DNA from: Octopus vulgaris
Taxonomy: Eukaryota
NCBI GenBank assembly: GCA_951406725.2
Contig: OX597815.1
Span: 22,010,001-22,074,000 of the forward strand
DNA length: 64,000 nt
Direction: 5' to 3'
Within the stretch, counting starts at the first letter, position 1; the number at the start of each line of letters is the position of its first letter. The notes beneath the pieces are model-generated. The model ran no database searches. It had not been told where the DNA came from and worked only from the letters and a program-made list of their open reading frames with translations. Below, in pieces: positions 11,813-25,331 of the stretch. The translations under genes were made by a program, and so were the position numbers.

Positions 11813-12190
11813 TATACTTATGAACCTCTCTCTCACTCTACAAATAAATCTATATGTCTGTGTCTGTGCATGTGCGTGTGTATTCGTATGTTATCAATAT
11901 AGTATATTTCAAGTTGTAGTATCAATGCTGTTGGGTTTACAAGTGTAGGAGTTTGCTTTGAGAAATAAATCGATAGAAATAGGTCAATAAGTTTTCTGAA
12001 TTTATCACAATATGCGACTGCTTCGACGATAAACAGCCCGTAGTAAACATTCTTGCTTAAAACTGTATTAATTGCTTTTTGATGTTTCTTAATGAATGAT
12101 TTATGTATCAAAGTTGTGTGTTCATTAATGTGTGTATACATATATACATACATACATATACATATACATATATATATACATGCATACATA

Positions 12191-12243
<53 letters not shown>

Positions 12244-12725
12244 TAAAACATACACAACACGCATATGTGTGTCTGCGTCGGTGTGTTTGCGTTTGGGTGT
12301 ATTGGTGTGGGTGTATGTTTTGGTGTGTTTAGATGTGTGGGTGTATGTTTTGGTGTGTTTAGATGTGTGGGTGTGTTTTATTGTACAGAAGTACGTGATT
12401 CATGAGTTCTTGAATTTGCATGAATGCACCGGTTTACTGGTTAGATATTGCAGAGCACATACTTTACACATATAAAGGTATACACATACATGCGAACATA
12501 TATGATGTATGCATTTAAGCTTTTTGAAAGGGTTCAAATTATATGTATGTAAAAACATTTGAACGGATGAATGACAAAAATGAATTTAGACATTTGTTCA
12601 TGAAATTCTGTAAGCAACGAAAGTGTTGCATACATTCATGTACATGCATGCTCACAACATATCTGTCCATCTAGCTGTCTGTCCGTATGTCTGTCTTTCT
12701 GTCTCTTTATCAATAGACTGATATG

Positions 12726-12758
<33 letters not shown>

Positions 12759-12763
<5 letters not shown>

Positions 12764-12952
12764 ATATAGAAGGAGCTTCTACAGGACTAGAACTGTTTCA
12801 TTCAAAAGAAATCATCAGGAGCTTCCTGATGATTTCTTTTGAATGAAACAGTTCTAGTCCTGTAGAAGCTCCTTCTATATAATAAATTAATTTACTCTGC
12901 TATGTATTGAGTACCTTATTTACTGTGGTTAACCCCGACTCAACCCGGGACC

Positions 12953-12955
<3 letters not shown>
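12759..12955. mobile_element. PLE-like inverted terminal remnant in (TA)n: 62-bp-arm palindrome plus unique tail
   Basis: Arms 12759-12820 and 12824-12885 are perfect reverse complements around a 3-nt centre; (TA)n on both flanks. Confidence 0.8.
12817..12873 (+). ncRNA. Type-I hammerhead ribozyme
   Basis: AGGAGCUUC-CUGAUGA-U-UUC(UUUU)GAA-U-GAAA-CAG(UUCUAGUC)CUG-UA-GAAGCUCCU: 9-bp stem I, canonical core and a GUA cleavage triplet (predicted cut after 12864). Confidence 0.8.
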
Positions 12956-13046
<91 letters not shown>

Positions 13047-13211
13047 GGCGTAGGAGTGGCTGTGTGGTAAGTAGCTTGCTTACGAACTACTTGGTCCGGG
13101 GTTCAGTCCCACTGCGTGGCACCTTGGGCAAGTCTCTTCTACTATATAGCCTCGGGCCAACCAGAGCCTTGTGAGTAGATTTGATAGACGGAAACTGAAA
13201 GAAGCTCGTCG

Positions 13212-13277
<66 letters not shown>

Positions 13278-13415
13278 TGTTTGTATATCGGCAAAAGAGT
13301 CCGATAGGCTTACAAAGAATAAGTCCTGGGGTCGATGCGCTCGACTAAAGGCGGTGCTCTAGCATGGCCACTGTCAAATGACTGAAACGAGTAAAAGAGT
13401 AAAGAGTAAAGAGTA
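13047..13415 (+). mobile_element. SINE family B with internal (TA)n(TG)n tract
   Basis: tRNA-like head GGCGTAGGAGTGGCTGTGTGG...GGTTCAGTCCC and (TAAAGAG)n tail. Confidence 0.9.
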
Positions 13416-13765
13416 ATATATATGTATAACGATACACATGTATGTATGTATGTATGTATGTATGTATGTATACAGCGAGAGAGAGAGAGAGAGAGTATAT
13501 TTTAGATGTGAAGATTAAAATTGAAATGCTCAGATTAGGAGACTGAACCTATCATAAAACTGTGTTTATTGTAATTCTCTGAAGAAACCGCTACGTAGTC
13601 GCACAACCTGCTGAAACTAGTCAAAGTTCTTTAAATGTTATAGTAATATCTTGAACATGAAAGGACACATTGAGCAGTTAGATAAGCAATGCTCAAAAGC
13701 AAATAAGGTTGTCGTGGCAGATATGCTTCAAATACAAGTTTTGTTCAGTCAAGGATTGCCCAGAG

Positions 13766-13812
13766 CTATGTAACAAGAACTATGTAACAAGAACTATGTC
13801 ACAAGAACTATG
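13766..13812 (+). repeat. 15-bp tandem repeat, about 3 copies (CTATGTAACAAGAA-type unit)
   Basis: Read directly; abuts a truncated SINE B. Confidence 0.8.
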
Positions 13813-13945
13813 CTGGAGCACCGCCTTTAGTCGAGCACATTGACCCCAGGACTTATTCTTTGTAAGCCTAGTACTTATTTTATCGGTATCTTTTGCCGAA
13901 TCGCTAAGTTATGGGAGGACAAAGATAGACACACAAATATATACA
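13810..13945 (-). mobile_element. Partial SINE family B
   Basis: ATGCTGGAGCACCGCCTTTAGTCGAGC...TTTTGCCGAATCGCTAAG. Confidence 0.85.
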
Positions 13946-13964
13946 CACACATATAGTAACAATA

Positions 13965-14198
13965 TATATTTCTTTACTACCCACAAGGGGCTAAACATAG
14001 AGAGGACGAACAAGGACAGACAAAGGGATTAAGTCGATTACATCGACCCCAGTACGAAAGTGGTACTTTTATTTATCGAGCCCGAAAGAATGAAAGGCAA
14101 AGTCGACCTCGGCGGAATTTGAACTCAGAACGTAACGACAGACGAAATACCGCTACGCATTCCGCTCGGTGCGCTAACGTATCTGCCAGCTCGCCGCT
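13965..14198 (-). mobile_element. SINE family A monomer
   Basis: Head, core and TAAAGAAATA tail all present. Confidence 0.9.
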
Positions 14199-14889
14199 TG
14201 CGAAGTAAGTTATTCTGTTTTGTGTAGGGTAGTAAATGCATCACGACACTCGATTTTGCACCATCTACGTATTCATAAGCCCCACAGTCCTCTAAAACAT
14301 GCTATGCTCCCTTTGATGTATAAAATTAAAATTAAACCCACTGGAAAATCCCTCATCATCTCTGACATTTGTAGACTCCGATCGAACCTAAATTCCGTGC
14401 ATTACTTCTTACCAACACGCAAACCAAGCACGCATTTTTCTCTGAATATTTCAAACCTCTTACCTACTATCTGTCTCTTTTGTCTAGGCTGTAGTATAAA
14501 CTATGATTTTATTTCCTTACCTTATAGTTTTAGATACTTCAAATTTTGCTTATGCCTTTTGTTTTCCGCATCTCACCCTACCGATCACTGAATATCAGAG
14601 TTGCTTTATATTTTATTCAAAGTAACTTATCAATAGTAACCATGTGTAACACGAATATTTAGTGCAGAAAGTATTATCCTAACATCATAAAATAATTTAT
14701 GTATATACTTAATTCTTTAATAATTATATACATTCAGCTTTTCCGATGACACGTTGGAATTACCATGTCAAACTTCAGCACTATATGAAGTAAATATGCG
14801 TGTATCTTCGAGAGAAATTCTTTAATGTTTTATATCAATATCACTGCAACATTATGTCTTGTACACGTATACATAATGCATACATACAA

Positions 14890-14934
<45 letters not shown>

Positions 14935-14937
<3 letters not shown>

Positions 14938-15265
14938 TGGTTGTCTACTCCTTATGCAGAGTTAGACCACCTCTTGTGCCTACGCCTTAAAACAATCATG
15001 ACATCTGATGTGGCTTTTTAAAAGACACCCACATAGATTGCAGATCCGATTTCGACCACCAAGAGCAGCAATTAAGTCCTGATCTTTGTGGATCTTAAAA
15101 TGTTAGATTTGCTGACCTTCTGGCATACACTGTATTGAAAGGTGCGTGCAGACATATAGGCAGAATAGTTGGTGGAGGTTCGTTTTCTATGGGTTCGCAA
15201 ATGAGATGTGAGCCCGGCAAAAGAAAGGCATGGTCAGCCACAAACTATGCACACAAAAAGGTCAT
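14935..15265 (-). mobile_element. Probable RTE-clade LINE 3' end with degraded C2H2 zinc finger
   Basis: Minus strand translates DLFVCIVCG*PCLSFAGLTSHLRTH (C-x2-C-x12-H-x3-H) and ends GGAGTAGACAACCACCA then (TA)n. The clade is inferred. Confidence 0.5.
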
Positions 15266-15305
15266 TGTGATATATATACACACATGTATAATATAGTATA
15301 ATATA

Positions 15306-15429
15306 CACTACTATTACTACTACTACTACTACTACCACCACCACCACCACCACCACCACCACTACTACTACCACCACCACCACCACCACCACCACCACCA
15401 CTACTACTACCACCACCACCACCACCACC

Positions 15430-15471
<42 letters not shown>

Positions 15472-15484
15472 GCTATTGATACTG

Positions 15485-15524
<40 letters not shown>

Positions 15525-15531
15525 AACCACG

Positions 15532-15568
<37 letters not shown>
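15306..15568. repeat. Compound (ACT)n/(ACC)n microsatellite
   Basis: Read directly. Confidence 0.97.
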
Positions 15569-16677
15569 AGAAAAGACAGAAAGATAGAGAGGGGTGATGA
15601 TGAAATAAATATAAATAACGAGTCACACAAATAAAGAGACAATTCTTCCAATTCTATTTAAACTGCTTAAGTGACCAACAAACAAGTGTTCAGGAATTGT
15701 TCCAATCATACTATATGTACCCTCTCAGAATTTTATGTGAAGAGAGCTTATGAATAAATATCGCTAACGCGGAAATTAGCAATAGGATTCAGTCTCTGTG
15801 ATCTAATTTCAATTATTTTCACAAAAAACACTTTCTATTTGCTGTTGATTTTATTTGTTCAATTCCATTTTTCTACATCAGATTTTCTGGTCCCATTTCC
15901 CCCATTTTTAAAGAACCCTTTATTTTCGAGTCCATTTTTTTTTAGTTTACACTTCCATGGATGTAGAGCCCTTCCATCTTCCTCTTTCAACATGAAAAGC
16001 TTTTTGTTGTTCATTAATCAACCATATAATTTCAAAAGAAGAGAATAAAATCCAACTGCACCTTTATTGTCAATACAAAATTGTTTGTGTATGTTTAGTG
16101 ATCTGTGTATTTATCATAGAAACAACAAGTGTTAAGCACTGTAGCCACAACTAAATCAACATTGACGATAGGAATAATGTCGATATTATTCTGCAAAGGA
16201 AAATCTGCCGCCTACGTTCGTTATAATTCTAGCACCGTTTGTAATAGGATACCGTCCTATCAACTACAATACATTGAAGCAACAATCAGAAATTAATATT
16301 GCAATCTTTTAGATAACAAATATCAAATGTATAATCACATGTTATCAAGCTTAAAAGAAGTTGAACAAACAAATCAGACTCCCCCGCCTTTTAGTTTTAT
16401 TTTTAAACATGTCGTTATCATTTGAACTGCTGACAATTTTAGCACACATCTGAGCTTATCCAAAGCATGCGTATGCATCTAAGGAAATTAAATGATTAAA
16501 TAGCCTGCACGTCAAGTGTTGAGGACTCTGCTTCTTTGTTGAATACACACTCCAACAATTGTATAAATGAGTGCCGTGTTTCTGTGCAAATATATGTTCT
16601 TTCTTTTTTACCTTTCTTTCGCAATCTGTATATATTGTTTGAACATGTACACACACACACACACACACGCACGCACG

Positions 16678-16725
<48 letters not shown>

Positions 16726-18377
16726 TACACATAAACACACACACATACACACAGAGTCAACACACCCGCTATTCGTTTCGATCCCAGCAGCATTTCAGTA
16801 TCAGGTTAAAAATATTTCCAATTGACGTTCGTTTTTACATCCTACATACTTCTCGTGAAATGTTTCGAGTGATTTGATGTGTTATCAATAAAGGAGCCTA
16901 TGTCTCAGACGAGAATAGCAGGGGTTGTGATGACGCAAACATCACGGAAGTAACGCTTGGCGCTAAAGCTTTGAACCCTTATCTGACCGGTATTGCTTCC
17001 GAGATACGCAAAAGAGTCCACTTCATTAGTTCTATTATATAAGATATATCTTAGTTATATCTGGGCACATAAATAAACATTCAAAGTAGAAAATTAAAAG
17101 GTTTCGAAGCAGTTGTTTGAAAATATTCTCCTGTTGGTTTGTAAGAAATGTTTACATTTACATGGTGGCTGACATCTAAGGCTTTTTACTGAATCATCTG
17201 CAAATATTAACTCCATTGTTGTGCAAATGTCTAGAGCCTCAATATGTATTTAGACCCGGTAAAGGCGCCACAAATATGATATTTAGCGTAAAAGAAGAGG
17301 ACAAAGCAAGCATTCCCTCTCTACAGAATTTTTGTTCATTTAACAAAAGCGATCGGCGTGTATAAAAATACACCGTGAAGAATGAAGGCTTATTTGATTC
17401 CACCAGCACTTCGTCGGAACTGATTCTTGGTGGCCAAAATGTAGATGATTACCATAATTTCACTTGACAGAAGATTTGATGATATTGTTCAACTAGTATG
17501 TATGTATGTATGTATGTACGTATGTATGCATGCATGTACGTATGTATGTATGTATGTATGTATGTATGTATGTATGTATGTATGTATGTATGTATGTATG
17601 TATGCATGTATGTATGCATGTATGCATGTATGTATGTATGTATGTGTGCCTGTCTGTCTGTCTATCTGTCTAGCTGTCTCTGTCAGTGTGTGTCTGTCTG
17701 TATGTATGTGTGTAAGTAGGTAGCTAGGTAGGTATGCATGCATTCAGCAAGAGGGACAATGCCTATATTTATCCAAATGCAATCTTTTTAACGGATAATA
17801 TTGCATAATGTTTTAGGAACAACATCATTCCACAATGGGATGTAGTACCTTGATGTAATTTTGAAGCAGTTGTGAATCACATATGTAGCATCACTTAGTG
17901 AAAAATAACACATTTTCGGTTGCGTCTTGGCGTTTGCAGGCGTTCTCCACAAAACCTTTCAAAAGTGACGTGACGTATGATCACAAGTCCAAGAGACGCT
18001 ACACAACATGTGGATCATAATCTTTAAGTTTACGAAAACATACTCAAGTATAACTTTTCTATAACATGCTGAGTTTATTTTCCAAATCTTCATTTAGTTA
18101 CGCTATTTCAGCAATATTGAGGATTATAATACGAAGCGAGTATTCCTTAAGTGGTTCACTACTGGCTCATTGGCTATTATCCTTTTCAATTTTTTATACA
18201 TTATTATTGTTATTTATCAGATACAACATTCTAAATCTGTCTGCACTAATATTAAACCTCTTTTCACCTCTCTTCTGAGATTATGCCTGTTAAAATCATT
18301 GTTTAGAAACTATGAAAAACTTCGATAGATAGAAGTTTTTATGAAAGATGTCAAAGTTTTAATAAATGTGAATTGGA

Positions 18378-18548
18378 GGAGGTGGCGAGCTTAGCAGCAT
18401 TTCGTCCGACTTTACGTTCCAAGTTCAAATCCCGCAGAGGTTGACTTTGCCTTTCATCCTATCGGGGTCGATAAAATAAGTACCAGTTGAGCAATCAACT
18501 TATCCCATCCTCAGAATTGCCGGTCTTGTGACAAAATACGAAACCAAT
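18378..18548 (+). mobile_element. Degraded SINE family A
   Basis: GACTTTGCCTTTCATCCTATCGGGGTCGATAAAATAAGTACCAG core. Confidence 0.8.
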
Positions 18549-18819
18549 GTCTATGGATCAGAGCAGTCGAGTATTCCAAACGTTAGCACCAGTAGAGGTA
18601 TTTCAAATATATTGTAAGATATTACCTTATTGTAAGAACAAAGCGCCGGGTGCAGTTTATTTTAGTCTTGGTAAAATATTCTTCAGCCAGTCTATCTTTG
18701 TTGACAACAGTCTTAGCATAATTTAATTTCATTAACACACAGATATAGGTAACTCTCTTCGTATCGAATAGACTAGCAATGGATGCAAAGGTTTGGGGCT
18801 TTCAGCTGTTGTTGTATGT

Positions 18820-18890
<71 letters not shown>

Positions 18891-19266
18891 TTAGAGAGTA
18901 TGGCTCCAAACTTACAGGGAAAAATTTGATTTAGTATTAAATCAAATTTCACAGTATGAAAATATAAAATATGAATTAGAGATAAAACCACTATTAGGCA
19001 ACTCAAACAGTGATAGACATAAACCAATACATAAATAACAAATAATATAAAGATAATTAATATAATATATAATATATATATAATTTTGTTTTCCAAAAAG
19101 TATAAAAAGAATGATAAATATAAGATAGTAAGTAAATATAATATAATAAGTATAATATAATAAGTAATAAGTAAATTATATATAGTAATTATATTTATAT
19201 TTGTTATTTATGTATTGGTTTATGTCTATCACTGTGAGTTGCCTAATAGTGGTTTTATCTCTAATT

Positions 19267-19272
<6 letters not shown>
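18891..19272. mobile_element. Fold-back repeat family P2 copy 1 (about 70-bp inverted arms); probable PLE remnant
   Basis: Arms at about 18974-19045 and 19198-19267. Homologous to 37957-38295 and to a fragment at 1770-1815. Flanked by (TAA)n and (TA)n. Confidence 0.7.
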
Positions 19273-19339
<67 letters not shown>

Positions 19340-19585
19340 TTTATGCGTGCATCGTCTATTTTCATCTATTTTCACCGCAATCGATCTTTTGATACAGTAA
19401 CGTTATTTTTCCTTCGTGTTTACGCGTCTTTTCAGACGATTAGAGAAGAAAAGGGTACATAGAATGTTTATTGCGAATTAGAGGGCCGTAAGAGGGTTCA
19501 ATGAATATAGTAGTTAAGATGAGGAAAGAATAGAATACAATAATAATTGCTTATCATCTAGCTACAAGGGCAGCAGTATTTAAAA

Positions 19586-20000
19586 GACGGCGAGCTGGCA
19601 GAAACGTAAGCGCGCCGGGCAAAATGCTTAGCGGTATTTCGTCTGCCGTTACGTTGTGAGTTCAAATTCCGCCGCGGTCGACTTTGCCTTTCATCCTTTC
19701 GGGGTCGATAAATTAAGTACCAGTTACGTACTGGGGTCGTTGTAATCGACTTAATACCTATGTCTGTCCTTATTTGTCCCCTCTGTGTTTAGCCCCGTGT
19801 GGGTAATAAAGAAATAGGTATTTCGTCTGCCGTTATGTTGTGAGTTCAAATTCCGCCGAGGTCGACTTTGCCTTTCATCCTTTCGGGGTCGATAAATTAA
19901 GTACCAGTTACGTACTGGGATCGTTGTAATCGACTTAATACCTATGTCTGTCCTTGTTTGTCCCCTCTGTGTTTAGCCCCTTGTGGGTAATAAAGAAATA
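19586..20000 (+). mobile_element. SINE family A head-to-tail dimer nested in an older antisense copy
   Basis: Two near-identical units of about 185 bp, TSD AGTATTTAAAAG, and degraded family A sequence on the flank (20012-20075). Confidence 0.9.
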
Positions 20001-20892
20001 AGTATTTAAAAGGTACTTCATTCTATCAACTTCGTTGACCTCGGCGGGATTTAAATCCAGAAAGTAAAGAGCTTGTAGATTTACAAGGCAGTTTATTCCC
20101 CTCATTTGAATCTTTTTTATTATGTATGGTAGATCTATTTTTGTATCTTAAAACCATGGCTAATTAAGGTAAATGTGATGCTATATTTGAACAATCGAAA
20201 TGCTATTATGAGCACACTTTTGCTAAGATCGTCCAACTATCTCTATGCAATAATCACCGCGAAAATAAAATATTTATGAGTGTTATTTTCGAATAATGTA
20301 AGATGTTACTAAGGACGCCTTATTCAAACAGTTGAATGCATTTATTATTTTATCAGCAATTTAGATACAGCACGACATAGTGAGGCCACTTCTAGGAAAC
20401 AAAAAATAAAAAAGAGTAACATATCAGTAATTAACAACAAAAAAACATCCCGTATATAGTACGTAGATAAAATAATCTTATTTCTTTTTACTAGCCAAAT
20501 GAATGTTTTATGTAACAGATAGACATTTCCTGCTGCTGAACCTCGATAATCATTACCATTTCATTCTCTTCATATGTACAGCGAGTGAGTTTCGTACACA
20601 GAACTCGATAGGTGCCATGAACGAAACTCGCCCCCGCCCGCCCGAGTTAGTATTATAATTTTCTGCCGATTAAAAGTAAGGCAAGCGTATATATACATAT
20701 AAATTAGAAAAAAACCCACCTTTTATCAATTCAAAATGAACAATTAAATTACACCATCTAGAAAATTACATATTATAGAAAAATTAAAATTAAAATAACA
20801 ATAAAATGTCAAAGATTAAGTAAATTGCAAAAAATGAAAATAAAAACCTTATATAACAATAATTATTATATATATATATGTATATATATATA

Positions 20893-22080
20893 TGTATGAC
20901 TCACGCCTACACACATACATACACACATACATAAACACACACACATACACATACACACACATACGCACACACGCATATACTTATACACATGCACACACAC
21001 ACACATATATACATACACCCATATACATACACACACACATACCTACATACTCCTATACGCACATACATACACACAGACATACACACATACACACTCACAC
21101 AAACATACACACACACATACTTACACACACACTCACCTGCACGCGCACACACATGCATGACAAACACTCATACACTCACACTCACATACGCACACACCAA
21201 CATAAACACGCACACGCACACACACACCTACACTCGCACACACATACACACGCACCTACATACACACACGCACGCATACACACGCATACACACATACATT
21301 ACACACGTACACACACACCTACATACACATGCATACACACACACACACAAACATGCACGGACACACCCAGACATACATACATACACCTATATACACACGC
21401 CCACACACCTACATACACACACATATACACACGCCCACACAGCTACATACACACACATACATACACACATACACGGACACACCCATACATACTTACATAC
21501 ATACACCTATACACACACGCCTACACACCTACACACACACATGCATACACACACACATGTACGCACATACACACACATATACGCACACACATATATACCC
21601 ACACACATGCACACACACACACATACGCACATACATGCACGCATGCACACGCGCACACCTACACGCATACACACACACACACGCACGTACACATACATAC
21701 ATACACACACGCATACATACACCCATACACATACATGCATCCTACACACACATACATACACACTCACACATACATACACACACACGCACTCACTCACACA
21801 CCTGTATGTTCGCGCACACACATGCACATACACACACTTCCCCACACCCACACGTACATACATACACACTCATACACATACACACACACACACACACACG
21901 GACATACATCTATGCACACACATATATACACACATACTCACATACATTCATCGGACACACTGCCACCCAGACATACACACAGACACACTCACACATCCAC
22001 ACACACACATACGTACGCGCACACTCGCAGGCGCGCGCACACACGCGCTTGCGCTGGTTCGCGCACGCATGCGCGCCGCA
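20893..22080. repeat. About 1.2-kb degenerate (CA)n/(CATA)n/(CACG)n tract
   Basis: Read directly; source of the 457-aa and 505-aa His/Thr ORFs. Confidence 0.95.
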
Positions 22081-22729
22081 TGCACCTCGCCCTTGGACCC
22101 GACGAGACCTCCCGCCCGTTCCTGGGATGTCGCTTGTCGTTGGGTTTTCCCACGCCCGTCTCCGCGGGACCACTCTTCCATCTTCCCCTCCGCTGGAGTC
22201 CTTTTCCTAACCCCCCTTTTTTTTTTCGTTACACACACGCGCACACATATACACACATTGCTTAAACATATACATTACTCTTACACACATTCAATCTACT
22301 CGCCACTAATACTACCACGACACTGGACACACACACACACTACTACTCAACACACGCTGGCACGCTACATACGCCCCCACCCCTTCCCCTCCCTCCCTTC
22401 CTCCTTCCTCCCTTTTCTTACTACTGACCTTTGTCTGCTATGCTGCTGCTATGCTGACCACCGTCTCGCCCTACCTCACACGCCTACACACAGACGCACA
22501 CACTAACACATACATATATTTTTTGTTTTTTTACCTCGCCTCACACACACACATACACACACGCACACGCACACACTCACACATACACACACATCTGTTG
22601 CGTTACCAACCTTGTCTCCACTCTTTTGCCTTTAAAAACCCACTTTGCTCTTGTTATCGTAAACATCCGCCTTTCACCATGTGCTACTCCTAACACCAGT
22701 CGTTTTTTTCTCTATCTCCGTTGCCCGCT

Positions 22730-22884
22730 CCGGGATCTTTCTTTCCTCTCTCTTCCTTCTTTATGTTTCCGACGAAGAGCTCCGCTCGAAACGTCATACC
22801 TCCCTGCTTCCATTTCCTGAGCGCCTATTAATAATAATACTGTAATTGTTCCATTGTTGTTTTTTTTTGTTTCCCGTTTGGATT

Positions 22885-22890
<6 letters not shown>
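22730..22890 (+). mobile_element. PLE-like family P1 copy 2, with hammerhead motif at 22765-22799
   Basis: GUUU-CCGACGA-A-GAGC(UCC)GCUC-GAAA-CG-UC-AUAC, followed by (TA)n. Confidence 0.7.
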
Positions 22891-22943
<53 letters not shown>

Positions 22944-23092
22944 TATATACATATATATGTGTGTGTGTATATATACATGTATATAAATGTATGTATATAT
23001 ATATGTATATATATATATGTATGTATATATATATATACATATGTCCATTTAGTTTCTTTCATCTATAAAGCCATGGTGTAAAGTAGGTTATA

Positions 23093-23885
23093 CGAAGGGG
23101 AAACCGGGATTTTGCAATATTATTTTATTTACTTAGTTTTACATGTTATACTTTTCTCGCCTTCAAAGCAGTCTCCATTTGAAGCAATGCATCGGTCCAG
23201 ATGCGTTTCCCCCTGTTCGAAGCAGTGCTGGAACTCTTGTGAAATGATGCCTTTTAACGCCTCCGTCGTCTTTTTATTCACCCCTTCCACATCTGCAAAT
23301 ACCGTAGCACCAGCTTTCATCACTATTGATGACCTTCAAAAAAAGATCCGGATCAATTTCCAACCGTTCTTTCGGTTCACGACATGCATTCAGTCGTGAC
23401 TGCTTTTGATCTTCCATGGGCAGAGTAAGGCACAAATTTTGCTGCAAGTCTTTTCATTCGTAATTTCTTGTTCAAAATTCGTTGGCAGGAACTCCAGGAC
23501 ACACCAATCATATCAAGTTCGTCAACTGATCGGTGATGGTCTTCCAAGGTCAGTTCGTGAATTTTCATGATGTTTTCATTCTTTCGGGAGTTCAACTGAC
23601 GCCCTGAACGAAGTTGGTCTTCAAGAGAAAAGTGAAACTTCTGTTTTGTTCATTGCAGCGTCCTTGTAAGCTGTTTGAAGCATGACAACTGTTTCGGCCG
23701 CTGGCTTCTCCAGCAAATAACAGAATTTCACGGAAGCATGCTGTTCTTTCGCTTCAGCCATGCCAAAAATCGACAAACAGAGGAGAAGCACTGCAAAACA
23801 AAGATGCTCTAAGTGGCTGTACGATTTCACTCGATGATGCCGATCGGTTTACTGATATTAGAGAGTTGCATCAAGTGAGCTTTAG
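23093..23885 (-). mobile_element. Internally deleted mariner relic
   Basis: N-terminal HTH EQHASVKFCYLLEKPAAETVVMLQTAY, linker LRMKRLAAKFVP and C-terminus FQHCFEQ...LDRCIASNGDCFEG. Most of the catalytic domain is missing. TA-CGAAGGG terminus. Confidence 0.9.
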
Positions 23886-24528
23886 TGGCAGACGCCTGAA
23901 CAAGCAAGGAAAAATATTTATATATTAAGCAGCTAAGTACAACCGGTCTAAATATTGTAGATACGTAAATACAAGAGGACTCAATTACATAAGCGTTTCA
24001 TAAATAAGATTTCTACATTTTTGGTGCATTCAAAAGTATCTATAGAAAAATACATAAGTCTATGTGTGTATCTGTACGCGTAGACATGTTTGTATGACTG
24101 CATGTATTTGTGAAATTCTCGGTCACTTATATGTTATGGAAGTGAGCAAATGGCCTTATGAGTCCTCGATCACAGGGAAAAAAAGATCGCTGTTGAAACG
24201 CCTCTTAGATGGGCAGTCGGGCATCATAAACAAACCTTGCTTCCTTAATGTAAGAAACGTCAGTAGACCAGAAGAAAGGGGCAAAGACGGGAGGTGATCA
24301 TCCTAGCTGGCGGTGAGAAACGCAGATGTTTTGTTCAGTTACTACATGAATGTGGATATACTAAAATGTCTTGCTTAAGAGTTCAGGTTCATCATCGACA
24401 TAAATCTAGTGACAAGAAATAGGGAAATATATCTCAACCTCCCCATTCTTCTAATTTCTCAAAATCTCCGGATTTATAATGGAAGAAATACATACAAAGT
24501 TCATACGGTGAAAGATTTTATAAATATT

Positions 24529-24759
24529 TATTTCTTTATTGCCCACAAGGAGCTAAACATAGAGGGGACAAACAAGGACAGACAACGGGATTAAGTCGAT
24601 TATATCGACTCCAGTGTGTAACTGGTACTTATTTAATCGACCCCTAAAGGATGAAAGGCAAAGTCGACCTCGGCGGAATTTGAACTCAGAACGTAGCAGC
24701 AGACGAAATACCGCTAGGCATTTCGACCGGCGTGCTAACAATTCTGCCAGCTCGCCACC
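24529..24759 (-). mobile_element. SINE family A monomer with 27-bp flanking duplication
   Basis: Full unit. CATACGGYGAAAGATTTTATAAATATT at 24502-24528 and 24759-24785. Confidence 0.92.
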
Positions 24760-25268
24760 ATACGGCGAAAGATTTTATAAATATTATTTCAATCGACAAT
24801 TGGAAAGTGTGAGCAATTCTCTGCAGCTTATGTGTATATAATAGTTTATATAACATTATCATGTGTAGTAGCTTCTGATATTTCCCTGCAATAAAGCAGA
24901 AGCAAAAGAAATCCTACACACAAGCAACATCAGTAGGTATAATGAATATAGCATATCACAATATCATCAAGATAACATCTGTTTGTGTTTCCGTGTCATG
25001 TTATTGTAATAGCTGGATGACTAGGCTTAAAATATTCAGCTGTAATTATGTTATTACATCACATGTAAGGTATATTTTTTGTGTTATGTTTTTCAACTTT
25101 ATACTTCCTCATTCTGGAGTCGATAAAATAGTACTGGAGGTCGTTTGAATCAACCTTTTCAACCTTCGTTACAAAATTGTGATGTTATCCCTAATTCATA
25201 AACTATTATTATTATTATTCGGTTGTTCCGAAAATAATGGCCGATTTTAGAAACAATTATTATTATTA

Positions 25269-25331
<63 letters not shown>

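Noticed and set aside
13766-13812. CRISPR-like repeats (also the 30-bp duplication at about 12306-12375 and the 20-bp one at about 35890-35930)
   Set aside because: Contiguous tandem units with no spacers and no cas genes, in a eukaryotic context.
16925-16955. CRE-like TGACGCAA plus ETS-like CGGAAGT pair
   Set aside because: Two short motifs alone are expected by chance in 64 kb.
20581-20632. GAGTTTCGT...ACGAAACTC hairpin
   Set aside because: A single 9-bp stem with no family context or recognisable RNA motif.
20892-22506. His/Thr-rich ORFs of 457 and 505 aa
   Set aside because: Translation of a degenerate CA repeat.
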